64,000 bases of DNA from Octopus sinensis (GCF_006345805.1 NC_042998.1:113522001-113586000); one strand, 5' to 3'. Positions 25,321 to 40,016 are shown, numbered from the stretch's first letter. The notes: generated from the sequence alone by a model not told the origin. Numbers and translations are program-made.

Positions 25321-25946
25321 ACACACGCACACGCATATGCACACGCACATGCACAGACACACACAATTGGCTCTACATAATCTATATTGTATATATATTT
25401 ATGTAATGTATGTATGTATGTTTATGCGGCACTTATGTATGTGCGCGTTTACATGTATATTCGCACGTATGTGTGTATGTACATACGCACTTACGTATGT
25501 ATGTGCATGTATGTGTCTATGTGTAGGCCGATATATATTTGTATAGAGATTTATTATGTACTCTGTATTTATACTATATTCCCTTGATGCTTATACAGAC
25601 ATATATGTGTGCGTGTGTATGTGTATATATATATATATGCACACATATAAATGTATGTATACAGATGTGTGATGTATGTAAATATGTATGTATGTTTGTA
25701 TGTGTGTATGTATATATGTTTGTGTTTATGTGCGCCTGTGTGTGTGTTTGAAGTTTGTCGGTCAATGATAAAGAATTGATACTAACGTGAATTGAGGTAG
25801 ATCTTGTTCTTACATGTGTCACGGAACCATTGTATAGAAAGAAAATCAGCGAAACGCTCTCTTCTCCTCCTCCCGCTCCCTCTGAAAAAAAAGCACAAAA
25901 AAGAAACAACGGCACCGTGTGCAAATTGTGTAAAGATTGGCAAAAA

Positions 25947-25981
<35 letters not shown>

Positions 25982-26869
25982 ATTTACATACAAAGAATAT
26001 AAAACAACAGAAAAAACTAACTAGAAATAGGAAGAACAAGAACGAAAGAGAACAAGACAAAAATATACAACAAACATTACAAAACCCAGGAAAGATAAAT
26101 GAAAAGCTTAAAGTCGAAGAAAAAAGAAATGAAAGAAAACGATAGAAAATACACAGGAAACAAACAGCAAAAGCTCTTGTTTACCTCCATCTACCTCCTC
26201 CAAAAACAAAAGCAAAACACTATTTACAAGAACAACAAAAATAATATCCACCGACAAACCTTTCTTCTTATCATATTTGAAGTTGATTTTGAGGTAATCG
26301 ATTGAAGTTCATAATCATTGATAGATTAATGGAGCTACTTTATCTTCCAAGATTCTTTGTCTTTCTGTCTGTTTTGTCAATATTTAGTCAGTCTATCGAA
26401 CTCTTTCAGTTCTGTGGCCGTGATATGGAGAGAGAAGGATGTAAAGGGTGTGGTCATGGCAAGATATAGATAGGCGTGGTAGTATGGTTAAGAAATTCCC
26501 TTCGCAAATGTCTTCTCCCACAACCTAGGGTCTATCAAAGCCTTGTTAAACAAAATTTAATCGACAGAAACAGTGGAAGCCCCGCACAAGGATTTTTCCT
26601 GCTTTTGAGCGGCGAACTTGTCCCCTTTCTGGGTTTAACATCACCATGTGTATCTTAAGTGACGTTCGCAGAGTTAGAAATGTTGCAAGCTTCGAGAATG
26701 ATCTCCGATTTGAGGATAACGTCAATCTTTCCAACAGTTTTAGGGGGCATGGAAAAGTATCACTTTTTCTCTGACTAAGCTATTGGAAAAAAAAACACGA
26801 AATTAAAAAAAGGCGTGAAAAGAGAAAATTTTTTAAATCAAGAAGGAAAAAATAATTAATAATAATAAT

Positions 26870-27292
26870 TTCAAATTTCGGCACAAAACTCATAGTTTTG
26901 TGGGAAGGGATAAATCACTTACATCGACTGGTATTTATTTCATCGACCCCGAAAGGCAAAGTCGACCTCGGCGAAATTTGATCTCAGAACGTAAAGACGG
27001 ACGACACGCTGCTAAGCATTTTGCCGGCGAGCTAATTGTTCTGCCAGTTCGTCGCTTTAACTGATAACAATAATAATGGTTTCAAATTTTGGCACAAGAC
27101 CGGCAAGTTCGGGGGTGGTGTTAAGTTAAATACATCGACCCCATTGCTCAACTGATACTTATTTTATCGACTCCGAAAGAAAGAAAGGCAAAGTCGACTT
27201 CGGCAGAGTTTGTACTCAGAACGTAAGAACGGACGAAGTGCCCCTAAGCATTTTACTCGGTGAGTTAACGTTTCTGCCAGATCGCTGCCTTA
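26870..27292 (-). mobile_element. SINE family B, two tandem copies
   Basis: Two head-to-tail copies (~26870-27060, ~27075-27292) each with CGACCCCGAAAG...AAAGTCGAC.TCGGC. Confidence 0.8.
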
Positions 27293-27639
27293 ATTAATAA
27301 CCATAATAATGATTTCTTTTATTGACCACAAGTGTTGAAGACGTGGGGACAACACAAAAGCAAATTACAAATGGTGGAGAAGAAATAACGGGGACTAATA
27401 TGAAATATAATGATCAAAATAACAAAACAGAAGAGACACATTGATCTATAAATTGCATTATATAATAATAACCGTATTAAATATTTCTCCAACGCTTGAA
27501 TGATATTTAGTTTATTGACACTGAATGGATAACCATAACCGGTTTTGAATTCAGAGCTTAAAAGGGCGTAATTATATATGAAGCTTTAACGATTCGGCAA
27601 ATCCACTGCAATTTATAATGTGTATGTTGCTAGTATTCA

Positions 27640-27775
27640 CTTTCAGTTGAGGGGAATATAAAGCCACTAATGGAATTGCCTTGCTCAAGGACACAGCGAT
27701 TTCTCCGGTTCAGGAATCGAATACGTCACTTTGCGATCGTGAGGCTAACACTCTAACCACTGGGGCACGCGCTCT
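27640..27775 (-). mobile_element. tRNA-derived SINE head with CORE-like segment
   Basis: Minus strand CAGTGGTTAGAGTGTTAGCCTC...ATTCGATTCC...GTGTCCTTGAGCAAGGCAA. Confidence 0.6.
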
Positions 27776-27895
27776 CACACGTGTGCATACAGTCGAGGGA
27801 GGAAGGACAAAATCGAGTGACTCTGTGACTGGTGATAGAGGAGGTGGGAATATGTCCTCAGATCAGAGATGCTTACAACAAAAATGAAAACAAAC

Positions 27896-27902
27896 AAAAA
27901 AA
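27896..27902 (-). terminator. Pol III terminator (T7) of tRNA-Glu copy 1
   Basis: Seven T on the minus strand 3 nt after the tRNA 3' end. Confidence 0.75.
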
Positions 27903-27904
27903 CT

Positions 27905-27976
27905 TTCCCAAGCGGGGAATCGAACCCCGGCCGCCGCGGTGAGAGCGCGGAATCCTAACCACTAGACTACTTGGGA
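27905..27976 (-). tRNA. tRNA-Glu (anticodon CTC), copy 1
   Basis: Minus strand TCCCAAGTAGTCTAGTGGTTAGGATTCCGCGCTCTCACCGCGGCGGCCGGGGTTCGATTCCCCGCTTGGGAA, 72 nt. Acceptor stem TCCCAAG/CTTGGGA, anticodon stem CCGCG/CGCGG around loop CTCTCAC, T-arm CGGGG-TTCGATT-CCCCG, T-run just downstream. Confidence 0.95.
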
Positions 27977-28374
27977 TATACGGATGCGCTGATGAAACAG
28001 TTGAATTTAATACATAGCCGCTGACAAAATTACGAAACTGTGTCATGTTTAATTGTCGGCATACCAACAAACTGTTAAAGATATACCAACAGACCGTCAA
28101 AGATATCGAAAGAGAAATAGTGGTGTTAAATAGGTCGGCATATTAATGCTGACATTCCCAAGAACGGAAAGAATCCTCTCAAAAAGCTTCCACACAATTT
28201 TCGTCTCCCTAATTTTACTTAGTTTAGTTGGCGTAACGCTATGGTAGAAGACACTACAGTGGGCAGTTCTGATCGTCTCGCAAAACACGAACTGCCGTTG
28301 CAGAATTAAACTAAAATTTTCAATATATCTAAATTTATGAATAAAAAAGACCAATAAACAAAAATAGAAGGGAT

Positions 28375-28379
28375 AAAAA
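28375..28379 (-). terminator. Pol III terminator (T5) of tRNA-Glu copy 2
   Basis: Five T on the minus strand downstream of the tRNA. Confidence 0.7.
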
Positions 28380-28386
28380 TACATCT

Positions 28387-28458
28387 TTCCCAAGCGGGGA
28401 ATCGAACCCCGGCCGCCGCGGTGAGAGCGCGGAATCCTAACCACTAGACCACTTGGGA
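28387..28458 (-). tRNA. tRNA-Glu (anticodon CTC), copy 2
   Basis: Same 72-nt cloverleaf, differing from copy 1 only at position 9 (G vs A); T5 run 8 nt downstream. Confidence 0.95.
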
Positions 28459-30213
28459 TATACGGCCGGATGTATTAAAACAGTCGAATTTAACGCAGTC
28501 GCTGACAGCAAAACTGAGTCATGTTTAAAGTGTTGGCATACCAACAGACCTTTGGCAATCAAATATAATCTCCTACTCCACCATTCACATTGCTTACCCT
28601 ACTCCTCATTCTCTCGCTATCTACTTGTACATTATCTCATCGACTCCGTCTGTTCCTCTCAACCTACTTATACACTGTCTTCATAACTCCCTCCTCATTT
28701 CTTTATTATCTACTTCAATACCTTCTTCTTGTTTTCACTCTTATCTCCCCATTCCCTCGTTCTCTGATGAAGGGCTCTGCCCTACATCTTTATTTCTCAA
28801 TGCAGTTGCATTTTCACCTGCTGACTCTGCCACTAATAGTTTGTGCTGCGACGACAACGACAACAACAACAGCAAACTAAGTGCTATGAGCCATCGAGCG
28901 AGTTTCTACGTGGTCACACAATCTGCTAGAAATAGCAGCCAAATTCCCCTCGAATCACATGTGATATCACACATAAATGACCTATTGGATAATACACGAT
29001 TCATGAGATGATACTTGTCTTTGGTTATATAAAATCCAGTAAAAAACATAGCTATGTAATCAATCATTAATCAATGAGTTTCCCCACTGATGTTTTCCTA
29101 CTGAATGATTTGTTATTATTGGGGACTTCTTTTTAATATGAATTCTCGTTAGTGGAGATGGACTGAAAGATCGAACTAAGAACACTGTGTAGCTGTGCCC
29201 TGCTGGACCCTCTTTCAGGTGGTTTCAGGTTCAGTCCCGCTGCGTGGCATCTTGGGCCGCTGTGTTGGTTAATATAAAGATCTTCACCCGTTAAAAAAAA
29301 CACCAAAAAAACCCAGCCTGCTGGGTGTTAACAATTGTGTAGAAAACGAATATGACAAAAAAAATTTGCGCAAACGAACCTGGAGGGGTGGAGACAAGAC
29401 TTTCGGAAAATTAACAAAATCCGATTTTTCTGTCATACTTTCGGGAAAATGGATATATATTAATTGTTTTTTTACCGAATCCCACGATTTTGGTTGTGGA
29501 GGATCTTTTTTAAACATGTTTTTCGGTCATTTTCTGATGAACAACATTGCAGTTTCCCTCTACCAAATTCAGTCACAGGTCTGTGGTTGGCGAAGGGCTA
29601 TAGTTGAAAAACACTTGGCTAAGGTATCATGCAGAGCGAATGAACGTGGAACCATGTGGTTGGGACGCAAACTTCTCAACTGCACAATCATTCTTGCATC
29701 TAATATGTGTGTGTTTACATTTGATGTTTAATTGAGTATTGTGTTCCACTACGTGTCAAAGTTTGTAGTTCATCAAGCAGAGATCTATGAAATAAACGTC
29801 AGATTGAAATACATACTAAGATCAGTATGATCAATTAAATTTTTGAAGGTGATACCCCATCACGGTGACAGTCGAAAGACTAAACCCAGTAAAATAATGT
29901 TTAAGGACTTAATGACTTCAAATTTAAGGTAATAGATCACTAACCAAAAGATGATAAGTTCAAAATTTCATATTGAACTTCCACTCTATACGATAACACT
30001 ATATGTACATCTCAGTCTACTTGACCTCCAACAGTTAACAACTGTAATTTGAAGTTGAATGGTTAGCAGTGAGAAGGATGTCCAGATTTCTTAAAAAATC
30101 ATTTTCCATAAATTCTGAGAAAACGTATTTTTTTCAGCACAACAAAACATACGCACGCACACACACACATACACAGACACGCACGCACGCACGCACACAC
30201 ACACGCACGCACG

Positions 30214-30291
<78 letters not shown>

Positions 30292-30999
30292 GTGGTAACT
30301 TGAGCTACTACAAATAGCTGCCAAATCTCTCTTAAAACACATCCTTTCATCAAAAGGAAGATACAGATTTACAGTATTTCAGGAAGAAAAAAACAAGGGG
30401 AAAACAATACGATGGGTCTGCTACATTAGAGGCAACACTGGGCTAAACAAAACACATTAAAATATTATCTACTAGATAATACTAATAAAATTGATGGTAT
30501 ATCTTCGTAGTTTCATTCCCTCATGTATTTTAAACATTTTCTCATTATGTTAAGACATAAATTGTTCAGGGAGAGTTGTCTCCCTTAGCTAAAGACCTCA
30601 AAATTGTGTGATCCGACTTCGTTTCCGCGGTTATATCTGCCATAAAAAGAGTTGTTGCGCAAAAAACATACTTTATTTGGTAGCCGAAAGATTACTGAAT
30701 CTTTTGATACCTCATGCGTCAAAATTGGCAACTCAGTTTTCGAATCCATAAGGAACAATAGTGCGCGGGCACACACACACACGCACAAACTCTGTTTTAT
30801 ATATTAATATATATATGTATATATACATATGTATGCGTGTGTATGTCTGTTTGTGTGTGTCTCTGAGTGTGCGCGCGTGCATAAACAACAAAAGTTTGGG
30901 AGAAAACGTATTACAAAATGGATGGCAGTTTATTTTCTTTTCATCAGTATAAAACAAAAGCACGCTCCGAGGGTTGGGAACAGCTATCTATGAAGAATC

Positions 31000-31990
31000 A
31001 GAAAACCGCTAGATCCCAATTACTTTTCCGAATTCATTTTCCAGACAGAATTCATGAACTGGTTCTCTCAGACGCATCAGTTCAACCACTTGCACCCATC
31101 TGTCATCAACTTTGCTAGAAGATGCCAGATGCCACCATCTTCCCTACCACCGTGTTTAGGAAGCTGGTAAACCTCGGCCGGAGAGATAAAGACACGTCTT
31201 CTATCCTTTCTAATATATCCACCATGTACTCTTTCACCATAGACACAAAATCGAAATCTGCCTATATTCAAATGTGTGGCGATGGGGGTAAATCTTTACA
31301 TTAAAACTGGACAACAGTCAAATGAAACCCACGTTCGATAACGGTCGTTCGTTCGCTATAACTTCGCAAGTCAGCATTGCTCAGACGCTGTACGTGTACA
31401 TGACGAACAGTTTCATCGCTCTCCACTTATGCCGGCTGGACTCAAGTGACGGCACTTAATGTCTGTAAAGTCTATACCATACCAGTAATGCCACTCCCTG
31501 GTAGGTGAGAAGTTTCTGGAAGTTTTCCGAAGTCACGAGGTCAAAAATGTCCCGAAGTAGACTACTAATCTGGTCTTCGTTGATGACCAAGGTAACCCCG
31601 AGAACATAATTCCTTATGCCCCACCCCCGTCTTCTACAGAATAACTAGTGTATGCTGACACAATTTTCCTGCGCATTTCAGATTCAGTGTATGTTTCTCG
31701 CTCCTCTATCTTCAACAGAACAGCTGAAGACCCACAACTAGAATTAGAAACGAGAGGGAGGACACACCCGACTGAGAGCCTGATACCGAATATTCGCAAT
31801 GGTGTTCAATTATCGTCACCACTGAATAATAACAAGAAAAGTAAACCAATAAATTTTTTCAATAGGGTGGAAACATTACCCAGAGTAGATCAAAGAACTC
31901 CACAAATCCTGAAGCACCTTTCTAATCAAGAATGCCATAGCAAATGCTCCTCTCTCCTACGTATTTTTCAGCCCACAGCCTCAGCTTAGA
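31000..31990 (+). pseudogene. Heavily decayed coding remnant, possibly Gypsy integrase
   Basis: Broken frames TFDNGRSF, SSTE*LVYADTIFLR and NFFNRVETLPRVDQR loosely echo integrase-core motifs. Confidence 0.3.
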
Positions 31991-32160
31991 ATATGTCCAA
32001 TCACTCAGCCGTTTTCGTTAGATTCACTGTTTTTTTTTTTTGCTAGCGGGTAGCACCTCCAATTCCACCATAACTTTCTTCTTTTACAAGTGCAGCCTGA
32101 AAAAGTCGACTAGGGCTTGGTCGGAAAGAAAAGTGTAATAATAATAATATAATAATAATA

Positions 32161-32207
<47 letters not shown>

Positions 32208-32421
32208 AATAATAATAATAATAAAAATAATAATGTATATTTTTAACATTAGCACAAGATCACAAGTTTTAACTGTAAAATTTAGTCCATTAACTCAACC
32301 CAAGAAGGATGAAATATAATAGAAAGTTAGCCTCAGTGGGATTTGAACCAAGAATGTAAATAGTCGCAACTGAAAACTGCAAAGACCCTTTGTTTATTTT
32401 ATTAACAATTCCGAAAATTAA

Positions 32422-32720
32422 TATAGACCAGACATCATCATACATAACACAAACATAAAGAATGCTTCATAGTAGATGACGCGCTTCCTGCAGACAAAAA
32501 TATTGCTGACGAAGACGTAGAAAAGATCTCGAAATATGCAGAATATACAGATAAAGATACCAAGAATGTGGAAATGTCCAACAGTAAAATTGAAAGTGAT
32601 GCCAGTTATCATTGAAGTATTTGACTCAAAAAAGAAGAAAAAGCACAATTAAACCGTTATGCCACTTGAAACAGCTAGACATTAAGACAGATGTGCGAGC
32701 TCTCCAAAAATCTGCAAGCC
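32422..32720 (+). mobile_element. R4/Dong-like LINE 3' end (RLE domain)
   Basis: RPDIII...CFIVD.ALPADKNI..EKISKY...RMWK...KVMPVII...LQKSASLRTAHIL across frameshifts. Confidence 0.7.
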
Positions 32721-32804
32721 TCAGAACAGCTCATATTCTTAAAAAAAAAACAGCAGCAATAAAACCCAGTATTTTATAGCCATACTATGCAATTTACTGG
32801 TTTT

Positions 32805-33232
32805 TGATTTAGGTACACGGCCGTCAATTATGAGGGAAAGGAATTCATCAATACTATCGACTCCAGTACTTGACTGGTACTATATTTTATTGATCCCGAA
32901 AGAATGAAAAGCAAAGTTGACAACAAGATTTGAACTCAGAATGTAAAGAGCCGGAATAAATACTAGAAATTTTTTTCGTTTCCGTCACAATTCCGCTAAC
33001 TTGCTATCTTTATGATATTTGTTTTTATTTTAGTCAAAACGCCAACAATGGCCGGAAGGGACAATTGATTTTTATATCAGTACTTAAGTGTTACTATATT
33101 TTTGTCAACCCTGGAAACATAAAAGACAAAGTTTGGCCTCACTGGGTTTGAACTAAGAACTTAAAAAAGCCGGAAGGTGTACTCAAGGAATTTTGTCTGA
33201 CACTCTGAAGATTTTGCCAATCCACCGCCCTT
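32805..33232 (-). mobile_element. SINE family B, two diverged tandem copies
   Basis: Repeated GAAAG..TGAAA.GCAAAGTT...GATTTGAACTCAGAA motifs. Confidence 0.65.
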
Positions 33233-33764
33233 AACTAAACAGCGACTGTTTTTATTCGTTCTGCTCTAAGGAAGATCTTCCACTTGTCGCAGGAAACATC
33301 AGGTGTTTTACAAAAGCTTCTCAAACATTTCACGTAGACGAGTAAACACGATGACAACAAGTAAACTTGAAACTCTTATTTTCCTTCATCTTTCTCTGAT
33401 TATGTTTAAATTGTCTGGCGACATTTTCTCGCGTCCTCATTGTTGTATCTACAACTTACACAAACGGAAGTAGCTCTTCAGACAAGAAAAATACTGTTTG
33501 GTGTCATCGTTTTAAGTGTTTTCATTCTCCTCCTTTGTGTTGTGTACAGCAGAGAGTTCTGCTCACTTTATTATCAAAATAGTTGCCTTTTCTTTTTCAC
33601 TTTTTTTGTACAATTATGTATGCATGTATGTATGTACATACGCGTGCGTGAACATACATATGTATATACCACTATATTTACTTTTGTATACGTTTTCTTG
33701 TCTGTTAATACATTTCAATATATGCAAGTTTATACATATATGCTTTTACATGCAAGCATGCATG

Positions 33765-33838
<74 letters not shown>

Positions 33839-35029
33839 GTATATATATATATACATACACATATATGCATACATATGTATATATATATATATGCATACGT
33901 CTACATACATTTATATACATGCTATATATATATATAGATACGTTTATATATATATATGTATGTATATATGTATGTATGCATGTATGTATATATATATATA
34001 CACATAGACAGTTATACACAACACACACACTCATGTTGTATGTATATTATAGGTACATGTTTGTGCATGCGTGTGTGTATGTGTGTTTGTTTTTGATGCA
34101 TGAGTTCTGGGTTTAGCTGGTTATAATACACGGTGATATCTATATGAACGTGTACATAACGCGAATCTTTGCGTGGCTTCGTGCTGATATAGTAGTTGCA
34201 CCATTGATTTATATTTGGTGTTAGACATGAACAGAGTCAACAATGGCCTACGTCAGATTATGGACAATCTTTGTTGACAAAAATAAGTCGACATCTACTT
34301 GTTTGATTTACCGCTTTCTTTTCTCTTGAGCTGTTTCGTTTATTTGATTCGTTATGTTTTTATTTTTGTCCCCAGTTTTTCTTGAGAGCTAATAGATAAT
34401 ATTGATTAACTATAAGTGGCCCAACAATAGTGTTCACACAGAAGAAGCTGTTTCAGGCACTCTATTAGAGAGATATGTATGTTTATTTCAACAGATTGCA
34501 ACGAACCCGCTTGTTTAATGCATACAAAAGGATTCAACAGAGAATGTAAATATACTTTCAGTAAAAATAAAAGTACTTGTTAAGTAGAGAAAGGCTCAAC
34601 TGCATCATTCAGCGTTCCATCTCATCTTTGATCTGTGCAAGATTAGACAGTGACATGTCGCATGATAACCTATATACCGGCATGTTAGTCATGGTTTTTC
34701 AGTTAATTAATCTGGGGGTTATATAATGTATTTTTCTAAGTTCTATACCGTTTGTTTTATAGTTAGCACAGGAAATCTCTGTCTGTCTCTCTCTCTGTCC
34801 TTCTCCTTTTGGGCTTTTATTTTCTCACGTTCATTTTTGTTTACGCCGAAGCTAATAATAAGAAATATAAGTTTTCTGCCTACCTTAAAACGATATGTAT
34901 GGTTCCCACTCTATTATAAAAAAAAAAACATGGACATTGAGAAGAGAATTATCAAACTGACTACAAGCCTTTGAGATATTGAAGATTGTTTTTTAGAGAA
35001 TATCAATGGAATACTTTTGATGTCATCCT

Positions 35030-35245
35030 TTATCCTTTGTTTACTTTAATTGTTTCAGTTATTTGATTGCGGCCATGCTGGGGCACCTCCTTGAAGGGTT
35101 TAATCGAACAAATCGATTGTGGTACTTATTTATCTTTTAAAATCCGGTACTTATTCTATCGTTCTCTTTTGCCGACACCACTCACTTACCGGGACGCAAA
35201 CAAACCAACTCCAGATGTCAAGTGGTAGTAGATACATACTCAAAC
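35030..35245 (-). mobile_element. SINE family A, 3' half
   Basis: GTTTCAGT...GCGGCCATGCTGG...TTCTATCG.TCTCTTTTGCCGA. Confidence 0.75.
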
Positions 35246-35390
35246 ACAAAGGCAGAAACACACATTATGTATATATATATATAAATAAAATAATAAGGAT
35301 GAATAATTGAATATTAATTTGATTAATATCAATTTAATTCGACTCCTAGCATAATGGATGTCCACTTAGTGGTCATCACTCTTATATGTA

Positions 35391-35488
<98 letters not shown>

Positions 35489-35510
35489 CCTACCTACCTA
35501 CATACCTATA

Positions 35511-35556
<46 letters not shown>

Positions 35557-35977
35557 ATATATATATCTATATATATATATACATACATACATACATACAT
35601 ACATACATACATACATACATACATACATACATACATACACACACACACATATATATATTATTGAGTTAGAAAACAGAGAGATCTAACGGATACAAATTAA
35701 TTAACATATTCATCTACAGTTATTTCATTTCACAAACAAAATTAAAATTACAAAACATCTAAATAAATAATGTTGCATTTTAAATACCTTGTATGGAAAA
35801 TCATCAAGGTGTACAAAGGACAACACAAGGATTTCATTAAGATACGTTTGGAATACTCAGAATATATAGGCATTTATTTAAAATCCAAAATTATATATTT
35901 ATATATGTTTTGTAATTCTAATTTTGTTTATGAAATGAAACATTTGTCGGTGAATATATTAGTTAGTAAAGTATATT

Positions 35978-36064
<87 letters not shown>

Positions 36065-36069
36065 TTTGT

Positions 36070-36215
36070 ACTGGAATGGTACTTCATTTATTAAACCTGA
36101 AAAGAAGAAAGGCAAAGTTGATCTTGGCGGAATTTGAACTCAGAACACAAAGTGTAAGAACAAACATAACAAGAGATTCTATCTGATGTTATAACAACTG
36201 TGCGAATTCACCGTC
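36070..36215 (-). mobile_element. SINE family B, diverged
   Basis: GGCAAAGTTGATCTTGGCGGAATTTGAACTCAGAAC. Confidence 0.65.
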
Positions 36216-36237
36216 TTTTGCATACGTATTCTTAAAT

Positions 36238-36321
<84 letters not shown>

Positions 36322-36436
36322 ATATCCGTCCACGAATATATACACGCACACAAACATGCATAAACACACAAACATACATACAAAGACGCTTGCATGTCAG
36401 CAAATCGGTATACACATGCACAATATGTCAGATTAC

Positions 36437-36610
36437 CCAGTAGAAATATCCAATTGTTAAGTATGGACAATTTGAAATCTCCGTAACAGTTTGTGGTAGA
36501 CGATTCCCTATTTGGACAGGTTGTCAACGATACAATAGATTGGAAGATTAGTTGGCGCCAGGAGTTATATTGTTCTTGAAAGTGTTCTGGTTTCTTTGAC
36601 CACATGATCA
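36437..36610 (-). CDS. Candidate symmetric phase-1 exon (IMWSKKPEHF...NNWIFLL)
   Basis: 174 nt open frame between ctgttgcAG and GTAATC in unique sequence; no family recognised. Confidence 0.3.
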
Positions 36611-36751
36611 CTGCAACAGTTAACTAGACAGTAGGCCTGGCTGTCTATCAGTCTATCTTTCTGCATGCATGTGTGTATGTCTGCCTGTCAAGTGTCCATC
36701 CTATTTTTTTTATCTGACTCAGCAGGTAAATTAGACCTTTCTTTCTGATGC

Positions 36752-36794
<43 letters not shown>

Positions 36795-37141
36795 TTATAT
36801 ACACTCACTTGTTCATATTCGAGCATATATATATATATATATATATATGAAGTGCACAGACATGCACACATGCATGCAGGCATACAGAAATAAAGCACAC
36901 AGACGTACATAGCACATGCACGCGAATACACATACACATAAGTATATATAAACATAAGCTCACATCAATATATAGCACGTACATAAATACACGCTGTGAA
37001 ACTATAAGAACACACACACACAAAAACATATACGCATGCGCACACATAGACACTCGCATTTACACACACATACACACACGCACGTTTAAATGTTTATGCG
37101 TGCGTATGTATATACATATATACATATATATATATATATGC

Positions 37142-37192
<51 letters not shown>

Positions 37193-37249
37193 CCTCCATC
37201 CATCCATCTCTCTCTCTCTCTCTTTCTCTCTTTCTCTCTCTCTCTCTCT

Positions 37250-37440
37250 TAACTTTTAGTTGTTTCAGTCATTAGACTGCAATCATGCTGGGGCTCTGCC
37301 TTGAAAAATTTCAGTTGAAGTAATTGCCCTCAGTACTTATAATTTTTTAAAAATCTTGTTCTATTGTATCAATCCCTTTTGCTGAATCGCTACTTTACAG
37401 AGACGTAAACATACAAAAACTGGTGGTCGTGCGATGGTGG
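37250..37440 (-). mobile_element. SINE family A, diverged 3' half
   Basis: TTGTTTCAGTCATTAGACTGC...CATGCTGG...TTTTGCTGAATCGCT. Confidence 0.7.
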
Positions 37441-37458
37441 CGGACAAACTCACGCACG

Positions 37459-37498
<40 letters not shown>

Positions 37499-38914
37499 AC
37501 ACACACACACACATTCACTTATTCTTTTATTAATTCGAGTTCCGAAGGATGCGGCCATCCTGGAGCGACAGCAAGAGCAACAACGACTCTTGTATAGTTA
37601 TAAATATGTCGCAAGAAATGTATTCACGAATAAGAAAAAAACAAGCAAAAAACAAACCCCTAGAAAAAAACCCCCAAAAACAAAAAGCAAAACCCAGAAA
37701 AAAGCATTGTCAGAAACCTTAATTACTAGGAAATCTTCCACACATTACATCTTTCGCTTTGGAATGCTGACAGGAATGTCATTCCATTAAATATATGTGA
37801 AAGGCTCTTGAAAAATCTTGTTACAAACTTTGTCATATAAGACAGAAGAAAAAAGAACCAACAACAAAAACAAACAAACTAGAGAAATGGGAGGTATAGT
37901 CAGATCCCAAGACACCCTTCCTGCATCCCTTGTATCAGAACAAGACTTTAGTGTAGCCAACAACTGTACTATATGTCCAAGGCCCGTCCAAAGTTTACAA
38001 AACTTCACAACGCTTTCTCTTGTAAACTTTTGAAAGCTATCCAAATGCATTTATTCCTAGTATCGTAACCAGCCAACCAGCTGCAAAATATTAGAATCAG
38101 CACAGAGATACTTTATAGATTCTTTGTCCAGTGAATCGGAAAGTCACATATACACAACTACGGCCCAACGAAAAGTGAGATCTTTGGATATGTACAGAGA
38201 CGACGTGGAAGATACACAACACTGAACTCTAAAGAGGGCGCTCTAGCATGGCCTTAGCTATCATAGCCAAAGAAAATGTTAAGGAACTAAAAATCGAAAT
38301 GTATTTATGAATATATGCATATATGAATGTATGATATATGTAATGTATGTATACATATGTATAGGATTGGTCAAATGATGTACGCATCTCGGATGAGGCG
38401 TCAATAAGGATCGAAAAATCGATTAAAGCTGTTCACCATTTTTTCAATTTAAGGAGAAATAGTTAAATTCGTCATGTTTTTGTCTACAACACAGATTTAA
38501 ACACACACACACACACATACATGCACACGCACGAACGCACGCAAATGTGCGTGTGTGTGCTGTGGATGTGTACCTCTGTATAATGAGAGTAGGAATGTCT
38601 CTCTCTCTCTCTCCTCTGTCTCTCTGTCTCTCTGTCTGTCTGTCTCTGTCTCTCTCTCTCTCTATATATATATGTATATTTATATGCATGCAAGCATGTA
38701 TGTATGTATGTATGTTTGTCTCGATGTTACATCCATGTATCACAACTTTGTGTATACATGTGTATAAGCGTGCATATCTGCATATATAAAGGTATATATC
38801 ATGTATGAATGTGTGTGTATAAATATATGCATGTATATGTACATGTGTATACATATGTGTGCGCGTGTATATATATATATATTATAATAATTGTATAAAT
38901 ATATATATATTATG

Positions 38915-38952
<38 letters not shown>

Positions 38953-39118
38953 ATATGTATATATATATATATTAATATACGCATTCATTTATATATGAAT
39001 GCATGTATGTATGCATATATAATATGTATGTATATATATATACATATATATATAATATTAATTATATATAATATATATATAATATATATATATCTTATGA
39101 TAAAATATATATATATTA

Positions 39119-39175
<57 letters not shown>

Positions 39176-39325
39176 AGGATAGTTTTTTACGAATACGCAC
39201 ATACTCAGATCGATATACTATCAAATTTCAAAGTTTGATGCAGGCGAGCAGTTGGTGAGACTACTAATTAAAGAAATGTCAGCTGATCTGTCTCTTCTCT
39301 CCCTCCTAATTTCTCTGTATTTATG

Positions 39326-39365
<40 letters not shown>

Positions 39366-39966
39366 TGTGTCTCTGTCTCTCTGTCTGTCTCGGTTTCTCT
39401 CTCTGTGTATCTCTCTCTCTGTTCCGCTTTAACGTTTCGCATCAACAACCGACTGTGCCACAGCTGGAAACTCCACAACCGTCATACCAACATCGCCCAA
39501 CAGATAACATGTTGGCAAATATGTGTGTGTCTCTCTCTCTGTATATATATATATATATATATATAATACATATGTGTGTGTATGTGTGTGTGTGTGGACA
39601 GATACATATACATACAAATATATATACACACACACACATATCCATCCACCTACGCATTTGTTCATTCACTCATTGCCTCTGGGCAAATTTTACTCGGAGA
39701 AACCTGACAGTTCGTACGTCAGGAACACCAACAACACTTCGACGATTTGTATTATTCACACGCTTGCATGTAGGTACGCAGACACGCACACACACACACA
39801 CATGCACACACACACACATACACACACACACACACACTCATACACACACACACTTACGTACGTACATACATATGTATGTTCATGCATTTGTATGTGTGTG
39901 TGTATATATACATGCATATATAAATGTATATATATATGTATATATATATATGTATAAATATGTATA

Positions 39967-40016
<50 letters not shown>

